DNA of 64,000 bases from assembly GCF_009834535.1 (NCBI RefSeq), contig NC_045697.1, positions 74,836,001 to 74,900,000 of the forward strand, in the 5' to 3' direction. The notes beneath the pieces were generated by a model. The model did not search any database, had not been told where the DNA came from, and was given only the letters and a program-made list of their open reading frames with translations. Positions 13,566 through 26,027 of the stretch are shown here, piece by piece. The position numbers and the translations under genes were made by a program. This stretch comes from Camelus ferus. Taxonomy: Eukaryota. Position 1 is the stretch's first letter, and each line of letters begins with the position of its first letter.

Positions 13566-14004
13566 TATTATCTATCCACCAGGACCTCTTTATATAGTGT
13601 ATCTATATTACCAGGAGTCATCCAATTGAAAATTATTGCCATATTCCTTGATTTTGTAAGCTGTTTTTGGAAAAGACTTTGTTAGCATTCCTAAAGTCTA
13701 TGAATGGGAGTTTTAGTCCCCTGCTACAATAAAAAGTCTTAAAAGAAGTCATTGGTTGTGTTGGCAACATTAAGTGGTGTCCAACTTATACTCAATAGGG
13801 CAAGTTCTCATTTAGCAGTAAAATAGCTCCCTTAGTTGTATGTATACTTTCCTTTTGTGATAACATATCCAGGTAGAACAAATGAGACAAGATGCTGAAA
13901 GGCTTCTTCAGTGAAAATGATCTGGAACTACTGAATAAAAGTAATGTTTCTCAAAATGATCTTGTAGAAGAGTAGTACTTGGATATATTCCAAAGGGTAG
14001 AAAA

Positions 14005-14185
14005 AAGTGGTTCCTTACCCATAAAAGTTTAGAAAATCATGAAACTCAAATCTGTCTCGTGTATTCACGATGCATGTGAACATATTAAGGACTCTAAATA
14101 ATCCTGCCATAAAGAAATCTTTGGTTTTAACTTAGCTTTTCTAACACTTGTCATGGATCACTGTGTTTTAGTACCATACACTATT
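14005..14185. mobile_element. MER103C-like hAT-Charlie relic
   Basis: attcacgatgcatgtgaacatattaaggactctaaataatcctgccataaagaaatc resembles recalled MER103C. Confidence 0.65.
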
Positions 14186-15532
14186 GTGATTCATCTGTGG
14201 GCAAATCCCATTTGACTCTCACTGCAATCAAACATCCTAGTTTTGAGTGTCATTTTCTAAGCTGAAAGATTTTTTTTGTACTTATTAGTAAGAAAGCCCT
14301 TTTCATATTAGTAAATGTTTTGTAGCATTTTTAGAATTAAGTAGAATAAAATAGATTTAGCCATATATTCCCTTTTTATTCTTAATCCCTTCTTCATTTA
14401 TCAGTACCAGTAGGATAAACATCAATGTGTGTGGTTATTCCTTCTTCTCCCTTAAGAAGACCTTGCAGTATGTAGACTTTTATTTTCTCCTTAGGCTGCC
14501 AACTTCACTTCATGAATTTTGGAAGTCTTTTTTCCTACTACCAATATTTATTTATTTTCATAGAAATCTTTTTCACTCTGCCATTTATTTCCCTTCAGGT
14601 AAATAATCTCAGGCCCTTCCTTCTACCTCCAGTTCTTCAGTTTTGCTTTTATTTTTCTTTTGTACATTCTGAAGCAAAACCAGAAACCAAGTCTGAAAGA
14701 GTGCCTGAGGTTGAGGTCACAAGCGTTTCTGAATGGGACAGAGAAACCTTTTTTGGAAGGTGGGGCCAATTCACAATATCATCTAGGAGTGGTAATGCCA
14801 CCACAAGACAGCACTCATTTGTTTTTAGTTTATAATGATGAAACATTTGTGATTTTTATACAATAGAAAATAAAAATAGAGCTTTTACTGTATTTTAAAA
14901 ATGACCTCGCTTACTTTATATATTATCATTTTTATTATGTTTTGCGCATATATGAAAACAGTTTCTACTGGATTTGGGGGATACAATATTATGAAGGTAT
15001 GTATACCAAACATTATAATATTTGGAGTAAGCTGAAGTTAATTATTTATTTCATTAAAGACCTTTTTGGGGAGAACTGTTGTGCTTGCTTCTTCTCCCTT
15101 CTCTTTTCCATCAGTTACCAGTAAACTCTAAAGGTACGTGAATTGATATTAAACATTGAGGTTCACTGCTTGATTTGCTCCAGTCTATGCCTGCTCTTCC
15201 TTTTCCTGAGGGCTATTAATCAGTACAATTTGTGCAGATGGACTACTACCAATCTCTAGACAGTAGGTTATTTTTTAAATGACTCAAAACAAAAAAACAA
15301 ACAAACAAAAAAAAAACACAAAACAGTCCATTCAGTGGTGTTGGAATATTCTTTATCCTGGTTAAACTTTATAAGTTTGGATTAAAGCCATAAGATATCA
15401 AGACATTTGGGGACCGTATGGTGGTATTGGTCTGGTCCTCAGGAAATCCGAAGGAAACTATTATGTTCCAGGGTCTGTTTAATCTACAAATTCACTATAG
15501 TTTGCTTTAATAAAGTAAGTCTTAAATTATCT

Positions 15533-15727
15533 GGAGCTGTGCTTCCAATATGTAGCTACTAGCCACATGTGGATATTTAAAATAAAATTAATTAAAATCA
15601 AACATTTCTTTAGTCACACTCGCCACATCTGAAGTGCCAAACAGTCGTATACTGATAGTGGCTACTAAATTGGACAGAACGGATTACAGATTCCCACAGC
15701 TGCTGGAAGTGGGACAGTGCTAATCTA
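15533..15727. mobile_element. MER3/MER33-like hAT-Charlie element
   Basis: ccaatatgtagctactagccacatgtggatattt…gtcacactcgccacat…agtggctactaaattggacag. Confidence 0.8.
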
Positions 15728-15989
15728 GAGACTATTATTATTTCCAGTTTATATGTGAAGGACAAAAAGTTATAACTGCATCCTGGACTGTTAGTCACTT
15801 CAGTTTGTTTAAATCGATCTACTTGCTTAGCTGTCAGATGCTGTTCTGAGCTATGTAATCTACTGGAAAGACTATTGGGTAGAGAGCTGGAATAATTGGG
15901 ATTTGACCCAGCTAAAAACACATGATTATGAAAAAATAATTTGACTTCTTTAAATTATTATTATCTGTGGAAAATCGAGCTGTGGAATG

Positions 15990-16530
15990 TGTGCAGAAAA
16001 GAACAAGCTTGAACAAGCTGCTATCATTCGAAAGGTCTGCTTACAAGTTTGGCCCTTGACTGGCATCTGGCAACTTGGACTTCAGGAGAATTCCGATCAT
16101 TCCCTCATTAGAATGGCTTTCTGTGCCAAAAATACTTCTATACATAATATCGTTTATGCTGAACACCTGCTTTCCTTCTGGAAGTCTGGAATTTGTGCAC
16201 ATGCCAGGCAAAAGGTACCTACATAATGAGCCCCAAACGGAAGCCCTGGTGATGGGCCTAAAAAGCTTTCCAGGTAGGCAACATTTCACATTTATTGTCA
16301 CAGCTCATTTCTGGGGAAATTAAGCATATCCTTGTGATTCCTTCAGGAGATGACCTTGGAAGCTTGTGCCTAATTTCCCCTGGACCTCACCCCCTATGCC
16401 TTTTCCTTTTGCTGATTCTCTTTTGTATCCCTTTGTCATAAAAAATCAACCATGAGTAAGACTATATGCTTAGTTCTGTGAGTCCTTCTAACAAGTTACC
16501 AAACCTGGAGGTGACCTTGGGGACTTCATA
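15990..16530 (+). mobile_element. Solo ERVL LTR (MER68-like)
   Basis: tgtgcagaaaaga start; ggcccttgactggcatctggcaacttgga; gctgaacacctgctttccttctgg; tgtgagtccttcta…ttgggga end. Confidence 0.8.
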
Positions 16531-17649
16531 AGTATATTGAAGTATGAAATAAAAAGCTTAGAAATAAGTTTGAATTACAAATAAGTTTCCATATACTTTC
16601 ATATTATTACTAGTAATTTTAGAGGATCTGGCCAAGAAGAAAACAAATTCAGACAGAAAAAAAATTTATTAGAAAGACATAAAAAATAAAATTGTTTAAA
16701 ATGAAACTAAAAAGCTATAGACTCTTGAATAAATTATGTCTAAAAATGTTTAATACAGAATTGTTGTGATTTTGCTGATGTTAACTGGGAACACTTAGAA
16801 TCCCAACAACATATTGGGGTTAGGAAAGATAGAAACTGGTGAAAAACAGAAGACCCCATGCCTTTCTTGGACTTTTAAATATCCTCAGAAAACCTTCTAA
16901 AGCTGTCTGGAAATATGAGCTGTAATGGCTAAGGTAAGAATTTCAGTGAAACAGAATAGCAGCCATTTCTCCTTGGATCAAGTTTAAAGGATCTGAAGAG
17001 TTCTCTCAACACAAGTCCCTGGATGTGAATCTGTCTTTTTACACATGTTTAAGTGACTGAAGATCTCAGACTTGATACGTTTGGGTGGATCTTGGCAGTG
17101 ACTGAGAAATATGGCCTTGGCTTCTTCCAGTGCTGGGAGTAGGAGCTGAGCTCTCTTCTTTATTTTAAGTCACTTGTATAAGCATCTTCTTGCAATGAAT
17201 GCTCTCCTAGCTCAAACATCATAATCTTTACATAAACACGAAAATTTATCTTTCTCTTTGTTGTGCAGTTTAGTCATCTCTAAATTCTAAATGTCAACTC
17301 ACTCTCTCTTCTCATTTCCACAACCTATTTTTCTACAGCATGGTCCCAGGGAGGATAAATACTTGGTTTCCTACAAAAGTAACTGGTGATAGTACTTAGG
17401 CCTTCCTTCTTCCTTCGCCTTTTCCATCCACCAGAGTCCTTATTCAGACAAACAATTCTGGAAGGTTTGGATCTAAACACTTCGGGGTATCAAAGCATTT
17501 GGGGGCCTTAAGTTCGTGTGTGAATTGTTTTTTGGGAATGCCCAAAGGTTATCCTCATGAGCAACCACATGATCATTTCAAAGTATAACAAAGGGGAAAA
17601 GGAAAACAAGTATCAAACCTTACGGGATCTACAATCGCTTGAAGGGTAC

Positions 17650-17860
17650 GATAGAAGATGTATGGAACTAGACTGCTTGGGGTTCAGATTCCATCCTTTC
17701 TATGTATTTCTGTTTGTCCTTGGGCAATTTTCCTAATCGCTCTGTGCTGTTTTTCTCATCTATACAGTAAGGTAACAACAGCACCTACCTTACTGAGATG
17801 TTATGAAGGTTTAATTAGTTCATATATGTAAGTTGCATAGAACACCTAGTAAATGTTATA
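17650..17860 (+). mobile_element. MIR SINE
   Basis: agactgcttggggttcagattcc…ccttgggcaattttcctaatcgctctgtgc…ctcatctat…cacctacctta MIR core. Confidence 0.8.
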
Positions 17861-17865
17861 TAAAT

Positions 17866-18265
17866 AAAGTGAACATCTAATTGATCACCCAAAGTGGAAT
17901 CAATTTGAAGCATATGAAGATGAAAAGGGGCTATCTATTTAGTTATTTCTCCGTTTTTTTTCTATTAAAGTATAGTTGATTTACAGTATTATATGTCACA
18001 GGTGTACCATATTGTGACTTGTAATTTTTAAAGGTCATACTCCACTTATAGTTATTATAAAATATTGGCTATATTCCCTGTGTTGTATAATATATCCTTG
18101 TAGCTTAATTTATACGAAATAGTTTGTACCCCTTAATCCCCTACCTCTATGTTGCCCCTCCCCCCTTCCCTCTCCCCACTGTTAACTACTGGTTTGTTCT
18201 CTATATCTGTGAGTCTACTTTGAAAGGGGCATTTTAAATAATTATGCTAGGATAACAAATATAAT
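17866..18265. mobile_element. MER81-like hAT-Blackjack element interrupted by a short minus-strand L1 3'UTR fragment (~17954-18220)
   Basis: gtgaacatctaattgatcacccaaagtgg…tgaaaaggggc | L1 3'UTR | tgaaaggggcattttaaataattatgctagg; duplicated tgaaa(a)ggggc flanks the L1 piece. Confidence 0.7.
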
Positions 18266-19609
18266 ATAACTTTAAGTGTTTGGTATTATTATTTTAAAAT
18301 TTTATTTGAAAGCAAACTTAGATTTTCAAGAAACCATATCTTCTATAGGTGGTATACTCATTAATATAAACTTCCTTCTTATGAAAGTGCAGAATATGAT
18401 AAAAATAAATAAAATTATACCCTTGTGTGATAGGTCCACAGAGAGATGAATTCAGTTGAGTTATAGGAGCACATATTGAATTGTCAATCTTTGCCTGAGA
18501 TCTGAGGGGCGATGCTTATTGAGGACAAGAAGACCTCTTCACACTTTTGTATAGGTACATTATTCCAAAGCATGGAGGATGAGAACCCAGAAAACTTTAT
18601 TTGAAGATGAAGTTAAATGAGATTTATAATGGACCAGCCAGTTACCAAAGCCACTAATGAGAGCAAAGCAAGTGTGAGACAGCTCAAACAATTTGCCAAG
18701 CTTTCTGGCTTTGTTGTCTTTTATGTGGGTGGCTACGCTCTCTCCAAAATTAGTTTTTATAAAGTACTAATTATGACTCAAACAATCTGACATGTCACTT
18801 GATAAATATTGTTTCCTTCAAGAGTAGTCAAACCCCAGATGTCATTTATATGTACTTCATTCTGATTATTATTTCACAGGGACAACAAGTATTTCTTCTT
18901 TCACTCTAGCTGCCTCATCTAATGACAGACCTTTCCTTGGCACTTGGCAGAAGAGGGGGAGAACTTTTTCTTAGGTGGCATAATTCCTCAAAATGTGTTC
19001 ACTCTCAAGAACAAGGATGATAGATGATAATGAGACAAGCAGGGAAACAGTAGTCCCGGAATTGAACGAAGAATTGACAGGTGTATCAAGGATGCCTCAT
19101 CAGAACGTGCAACACTCTGCCAAGTGAAGTCTGGCTGAGCGGAGCCAAACAGCATGCCTATTCTTTTAGGTTTTCTTCTTTTTAAATTTTGTGTTTCTAT
19201 TATAAAAGATGACCTACAGAAGAAAGAAAACAAAACAAACAAAACTGATGACAAAGGAGGGGTTTAAATGTTGCTAATGTTGGAAGATTAGAAAGTGCCT
19301 AATGGGGAGGTTGAGTCCCAGGAAATAGTAGAGAAAAAAATGACTTTATGAGATTTTGAAAACCAAAGATTAACTAAATGTTAATTCAAAAACATAGAAA
19401 TTTTAATGGGCACCCAATATTTCTTAATTAAAAATTCTGATGTTAATTGGATAATCTGGGCCATTTGTGTCTAAAAGTAATTATAGCATAGATTCAGTTG
19501 TCTTACAGGTCAAATCATGCTCTATTGTTGGCAAACAGAAACTATAAAAAATGGAAGAGTGATATAGCACAGTTTATAACATTAGTCATGTACCATAACT
19601 TGATTGAAC

Positions 19610-19800
19610 TCTTACTGTATAAAAGATACATAATAGAGGCTTTTCCACATGGTTTACATGTATTTTTGCATTTAACCCTTGCAACAGCCTTTGAAGTAGG
19701 TACCATTATTGTCTCTGAGGTACAGGAATGTTAGGTCGCTAACAGGGTCTCACAGCTAACAAGCGGAGGGGTAGAGGTTCATACTTCAGAGCTCCTGTCT
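19610..19800 (-). mobile_element. MIR SINE
   Basis: catttaacccttgcaacagcctttgaagtaggtaccattatt…ctcacagctaacaagcgg. Confidence 0.7.
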
Positions 19801-20384
19801 ACAACTCTTGCTTACTTCTAACCTCAGCGTCATTACCAGAGAGGTTCTACTCTGAACACATATCTTAGATTAATGCTAAATGCTTTCAACACATGGCACA
19901 ACAAAACATCTAAAGGCAGAATGTCACAAAATCTTGCTTTTGTTGAACTGAATTACAAGTCTGATGTGGATTTAAAATTATTTTTGTGTTTATGGGTGTG
20001 AATATATTGTTTATGTCAGCCAGAAATAGAATCAAGTATTAAGTATCAGGACCAAAGCCAAGTAAATTGAAGATGCCAGAAATAACTAAAAGCTCAGACT
20101 GAATTACACCAGTTCTTTAGGGTACTCTGGGGAATTTATAGAGGATGTTTCCAGTACAGCTCTTAAGGCACTAAACTCTATGTAAGGCATCAAACAAATA
20201 AATGTAGCACTGCATAATCTTTATTCAATACTTTCTGAGAAATGGCTTTCTTTCAGAGAGGCAAGCCTATTACTTTTGACCTCAGAGTGGTCTATTGTTT
20301 TATAACTGACTTGTACTATACAGGCTTAGAATAAAAGGTGTACAATTAGATAAGAAGATATTTTGCTGATTAGATGACCTGAAA

Positions 20385-20597
20385 CAGTGGATTTAAAACC
20401 ATTACTTTAATGCAGTCTTATTGCTCTGCCCAGTGTCTATCACAGATAAAAGGAGAGCTGCTCTGCATAAAGAGAGTAAGGGGGGGGGGGGACCAGATGT
20501 CCAGCAGCGGGATCTCCTTTTGACCTGTGCACTCAAATAGTCCCAAGGGCATCTGCATTACACAGCTAGGGCTCCCCACAACAAAGTTTGGAAGTAG
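20385..20597. mobile_element. MER117-like hAT-Charlie element
   Basis: cagtggatttaaaac terminus; cagataaaaggagagctgctctg; ctagggctcc…agtttggaa. Confidence 0.65.
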
Positions 20598-21929
20598 AAC
20601 CCATGAAAATGTGTGGAAACAAAATCAACTTCAACTAACAAGATTATAAAATTTTGGGAGATAACCTTTTAATTGACTTATTTAGGACTGGATTTCTACA
20701 TTTTCCCAAATTGAAGCTCTCTGTTACTACATAGGGAATCAAATTAGATCCAGAACAGGGATGGGGGTGTGGTGTTATTTTAACTTCTTTTTGAAGAAAT
20801 GATAGTACTATATCACTTGATAAACATTATTTAAGCTAATCTTCAATATTACTGAGGTGTCAGATCTCCATCTGTGTTTTATGGAAGATCAAACAATGAG
20901 CTTAGCTAGAAATCGATGGACGCACAATTCCACCTCTTGACTCTTCATCAGACTTTGAACTGTGGGACTTTTATAGCCTCCTAGGACTTTGGTTTCCTAA
21001 TATAAACATAAAAGATCATATATCATTTTCATTTAAAAGTTAGTAAGAGTTCTTGGGTTTTTCAAAGAAAGCAATGATTTAAGATGAATTTGAATCAACT
21101 AGCATGTCAAATTTTTAAAAGCCTTAAAAATGAATTTAACTGAGAATGCTTTTTAATATCTATGAAGAGCATGTGGAGATGGTACAAATTTAAGTGGAAA
21201 CAAAGTGTTTATCTTTAGCTACAATTACTTACAGTGAAGACCACAGTATGATAAAATCAATGTAAAGCAAAATACATATACCAGGGTGGTGTTAGGAACC
21301 CAAAGGAATGTCCTGTTGTCTCAGAATTATGGTTAAGCATCTGCAGTAGAGAAGAAAAGACTAATTAATATTCCACATTCTCAGTTCAAAAAAACTCAAA
21401 AGTGCTTCCACTTTCCAGTAGTGTGCTTAGGCAAACTAACTTTTGTTTAGCTTTCTTACCTTATTGTGAGGATTACATGAATTAGAACAGTCAAGTGTTG
21501 GGAAAAGTACTTGTTCTTAGCTCAAAAAGCTCAATAAAAGCTCAACAGGATCTCAATACAATTTAGTCATTATTATTATTGTTGATGTTAATTTTTGTGA
21601 GATCATTTTGTGTTGCTGAGAAGACAACTGTGTATTAAACTTGATGACAGCAGGGATTTCTGTGATATTTTCTATGTTTTTCCTGGTAATTAATACCATG
21701 CTTTTGCAAAGTGTTGCCTTAATACATCTTTCTAGCAAACTAAAACAATTTTGGTATTTAATAATCTGAGTTTTAAGATGTAACTATCTATCTTCTTAGA
21801 ATGTTTCATAAAACTTATGTAGCCAACCAGACAACAAGCTTGATGATATATATGTGAATATCTATGATACATGTTTATGTACATGCAAGGATGTATATAT
21901 ACACACAAAGATTATACAAACATATAATC

Positions 21930-22915
21930 ACACAACAACTAGTGAATCTATCAGCTAAATGGTGGGGATAAGATTTATATGTAAATCCATATTTGTATAC
22001 AATAGCAATAAACACCTTGAAAGTGTTATAGAAATTTCTTGAAAGCATTTGCAATATAACATATCAAATAGGATAACTGAAATAAATTGATAACAGATAT
22101 TCAAGTTTTACAAGGGTAAAACTATAACATAGTTCTGAAGCATTTAGGAGACTTGATTATGTAAGTGTAAATGTGTACTGTGTTCATGGGTATGAAGATT
22201 CAGCAGCATAAAGAGTTAAACTCGCCCAAATTTATCTATAAATTCAATGTTATTTCAATTAAAATTTCAGCAGTGTTTTTCATGGGATTTGAAAAAAATG
22301 ATTCAAAAATTAATATGAAATAAGTCCAAAAAGAGCTGAGTTAATTCTGAAGAGGAAGAAGAAGGAGGAAGAGGACACACTTCCCATACTAGTTATCAAG
22401 ACTTACTTATATACCTATAGAATGTAACACTAGGATGTTAGCTCAGAAAAGGTGAAATATATCAGAAAGACAAAAAAGAAAACAGAAGTGAACAAACAAC
22501 AAATCACACAGACCTTGCATGTATGGGATTTCAGTTAATGAGAGAGGTGTCCGTACAATACAACAAACTATAATAAGTGGTATCGGAACAATTGCATATC
22601 CAAATGTGAAAAAAAGATGTGCACATATTCTATTCCATTTGGTTAAAGACTTCATAATTTTTTGAAGAACATAAAGAGTATCTTCATTACATTTGGGTAG
22701 AGAAGCTATCTTTAACAAGTCACACAAAAAAGAACAAACAATGAAGGAGTATTTGATACATTTAACTACATTGAAATATTAAATTATTAAACAACAAAAG
22801 ATGTGATAAACAAGAATGAGAGATGTTTCTGACATAGAGAGCAAAGGATTAATGTCAAGAATATATATATAGACATTTTACTAATAAATAAGGAAAAGAC
22901 ATCCCAATACAAAAA
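21930..22915 (+). mobile_element. Ancient L1 (L1M) ORF2 relic, part 1
   Basis: atttatctataaattcaatg…tcaattaaaatttcagcag…caaaggattaatgtcaagaatata…cccaatacaaaaa. Confidence 0.8.
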
Positions 22916-23400
22916 GAGAATTGTGAATTGTATCTGCTTACTTTGTTGGACTGAATACAAATGATCAAACTCACTTAATACTGTGAAGAAGTAAATGGCT
23001 TACCTTGCTTTAAAAATATGGGTACAGAAGCTATCATTGGAAGATGTGGAAAGGATATTACACATCTGAAATAGCCTTTTTTCATCCCAGTATCAAGATC
23101 CTACAGATCTATGTTTTTGGAAGAGTCGGGAAGTCAAGTCGGGAAGTCAACTTGAAGGAAATTTGAATGCTATTCTTCTGGACTATACCGCAACCTTCAT
23201 ATCTACTCTGAGTGTGTGAAGAACAGGTGATGCTAAGCAGTTACAAGAGGCATTTGATCGCATTTAGCCTGAAAATATACATGTTAAAATTTAACAGGTA
23301 TATCTGAGCATGTTTAACTTATTTATAACAACTAATCACTACCATTTGGTTCATAGTCCAGACTGTTCTCCACATAAACTTTGCTTCTCAACACTGTAAC
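22916..23400. other. Unidentified non-repeat insert within an old L1 (possible pseudogene or captured DNA fragment)
   Basis: The L1 sequence breaks at cccaatacaaaaa and resumes at aatgggcaaaggatatgaa; the intervening sequence is not L1-like. Confidence 0.65.
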
Positions 23401-23966
23401 AATGGGCAAAGGATATGAAGATACTGTTCAGCAAAGAGGAAACGCAAATGACTAGTCAACTTTTGAAGGTTTAGTAATAAATAAGATGCCATTTAAAATA
23501 ATAATGAAATATAATTTCATAGCCTTTGATTAGCAGCAATTTCAAAATCTGAAAATTCTTAATTTTAAAGTCTAAAAAATGTGGGGACTTCAAAAAATAG
23601 GACTCTCATACAGTGATGGTAAAAGTGTAAATTTTGGAAAACATTTTGATGACAATGTTATTAAAAAATGCACTCACTTCAAAATCTAGCAGTTCCACTT
23701 CTTGGTACGTATATCCCAGACAAACTCTTGGCATGTGTGCACAAGAAGACATTTATAAGGAGCATTGATTTTAATAGTGAAGACTGGAAACAATAGAAAT
23801 ACTTACCAATAGAGGATTAAATAAATAAACTGTAGTATATTTAGCTAATGAAATAGATTATTGTAATTAAAATAAAGGAGCTATATCTATATGTATAAAC
23901 ATTGATAGAGCAAAAACAATACAAAAACCCTAATGAGTAAAAAGTAAGAAGCACATATATGCTATG
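23401..23966 (+). mobile_element. Ancient L1 (L1M) relic, part 2
   Basis: aatgggcaaaggatatgaag…ggactctcatacagtgatgg…agcagttccacttcttgg…ctggaaacaa. Confidence 0.8.
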
Positions 23967-23983
23967 AAAAAATAGTCTCTACA

Positions 23984-25096
23984 AGAAACCATAAGTAAAA
24001 CAAAACGACAACCTATGGAATGGGAGAAAATTGTTGCAAATGATGAAACCGACAAAGGCTTGATCTCCAGAATATATAAGCAGCTCATATGACTTAATAA
24101 GAAAAAACCAAACAACCCAATCCAAAAATGGGCAGAAGACCTAAACAAGCAATTCTCCAAGGAAGAAATACAAATGATCAATAGGCACATGAAAAAATGC
24201 TCAATATCACTAATAATGCTCAATATCACTAATAATGCTCAATATCACTAGAGAAATGCAAATCAAAACTACAATGAGGGGTCATCTCACACCAGTCAGA
24301 ATGGCCATCATTCAAATGTCCACAAATGATAAATGCTGGAGAGGCTGTGGAGAAAAGGGAACCCTACACTGCTGGTGGGAATGCAGTTTGGTGCAGCCAC
24401 TGTGGAAAACAGTATGGAGATTCCTCAAAAGACTAGGAATAGACTTACCATATGACCCAGGAATCCCACTCCTGGGCATATATCCAGAAGGAACCCTACT
24501 TCAAAAAGACACCTGCACCCCAATGTTCATAGCAGCACTATTTACAATAGCCAGGACATGGAAACAGCCTAAATGTCCATCAACAGATGACTGGATAAAG
24601 AAGAAGTCGTATATTTATACAATGGAATACTACCCAGCCATAAAAACCGACAACATAACGCCATTTGCAGCAACATGGATGCTCCTGGAGAATGTCATTC
24701 TAAGTGAAGTAAGCCAAAAAGAGAAAGAAAAATACCATATGAGATCACTCATATGTGGAATCTAAAAAAAAAAAAGAACAGAAATACAAAACAGAAACAG
24801 ACTCATAGACATAGAATACAAACTTGTGGTTGCCAAGGGTGAGGGGTGTGGGAAGGGATAGACTGGAAGTTCAAAATTTGTAGATATTTACAGGCATATG
24901 TAGAATAGATAAACAAGATTGCACTGTGCAGCACAGGGAAATATATACAAGATCTTGTGGTAGCTCATAGCAAAAATAAAATGTAACAATGAATATATGT
25001 ATGTTCATGTATAACTGAAAAATTGTGCTCTACACTGAAATTTGACACAACATTGTAAAATGACTATAACTCAATAAAAAATGTTTTAAAAAAGTT
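23984..25096 (+). mobile_element. Young lineage-specific L1, 5'-truncated, with A-rich tail and 17-bp TSD
   Basis: Open 176-aa ORF2 C-terminus (24235-24765, including CWRGC…HCWWEC); AATAAA at ~25073; TSD aaaaaatagtctctaca (23967-23983) / aaaaaataatctctaca (25097-25113). Confidence 0.97.
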
Positions 25097-25113
25097 AAAA
25101 AATAATCTCTACA

Positions 25114-25440
25114 TTGTACCTGGTTATCTCTATCTCTGTCATCTCTGTTTCCATAGAGAGAAGGAATATAAACATGAACAGGAAGGTGTAAACCAAATAT
25201 AAGATAGAGATTTCTTGTGGGGAGAGGAGGGAAACATGACAAGGTAAGTGTACATTGGCAAGTTCAACTTTATCAGAAATGGGTTATTTCCCAGTAAGAA
25301 ACGAAACAAACAATAAACAAAAAGACCTCTATCAACAGAGCTAAAGTAAACATATTCAAATGTTAACATTTGTTAGCTATATATACATGGGTTTTTGTTA
25401 TTTTATTCTGTGTAGTTTTCCATGTTAAAGAGTAATTAAA
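25114..25440 (+). mobile_element. Continuation of the ancient L1M 3'UTR
   Basis: Resumes after the TSD; aacatattcaaatgttaacattt…ttttgttattttattctgt resembles an L1ME-type 3' end. Confidence 0.5.
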
Positions 25441-25988
25441 AATATGTATAGTATAAGGAATCAGACTATGTCTGTAAGTGAATTGTGGAGTGCTCTACTT
25501 GGCCTGACAATTATCCGCAGTTTTATAGAATATATCCGAGGCAGCCAAAATGCTTTCCTCCCCTGATATCTTTCTTTGGAAGAAAATTACAGTGTTCGGT
25601 CAGTCCAGGCCAAAGAATGAACACGCTGGTCTCAGGGTAGTTGTTTACTTAACTTATCATCATCATATTATTGTTCACATTTAATTGTTAAACAAAAAGA
25701 GAATTTTTGTGTCAGGGTTAAAGTATGAAGATAATTATATGACCTCATTGTAATGAGTAAAATTGTTTCTAATAGAATTACGAAGGATGAAAACATCGAC
25801 CCAAATATTTTGATATTTATAGATATGGAATCCTTAATGATTGGGAGCAAACTTGGGGGCCAGTTATCACTCTTGAACATTTATAGAGTACTTTAAGATG
25901 TTAAATTTTCTATACTATGCTATTCCCTTAACTTTGTGCATGATTCCTATACTTGATAGGCTTATATCCTTAAGCATTAAAATGAAGT

Positions 25989-26027
25989 ATTCAAATCTAA
26001 TAATTCAAATCTAATTCAAATCTAATA
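25989..26027. repeat. Short tandem repeat of attcaaatcta, ~3 copies
   Basis: Seen directly. Confidence 0.85.

Noticed and set aside
16889..16939. 45-nt plus-strand micro-exon (cag|…aag|gtaaga)
   Set aside because: Stops in all three frames and no neighbouring exons; such splice-like pairs are common by chance.
20479..20491. Poly-G run as a G-quadruplex element
   Set aside because: A single homopolymer inside a MER117-like repeat; no functional support.
23151..23375. Resemblance of the insert peptide (GNLxxxLLD…*QVYL…HYH…DC) to the Mononegavirales L capping region, or DAKQL to annexins
   Set aside because: The catalytic HR motif is absent and the spacing differs; the matches are too short to trust without a profile search.
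24235..24765. Longest ORF (176 aa) as a host gene
   Set aside because: It is the L1 ORF2 C-terminal fragment of a 5'-truncated insertion.
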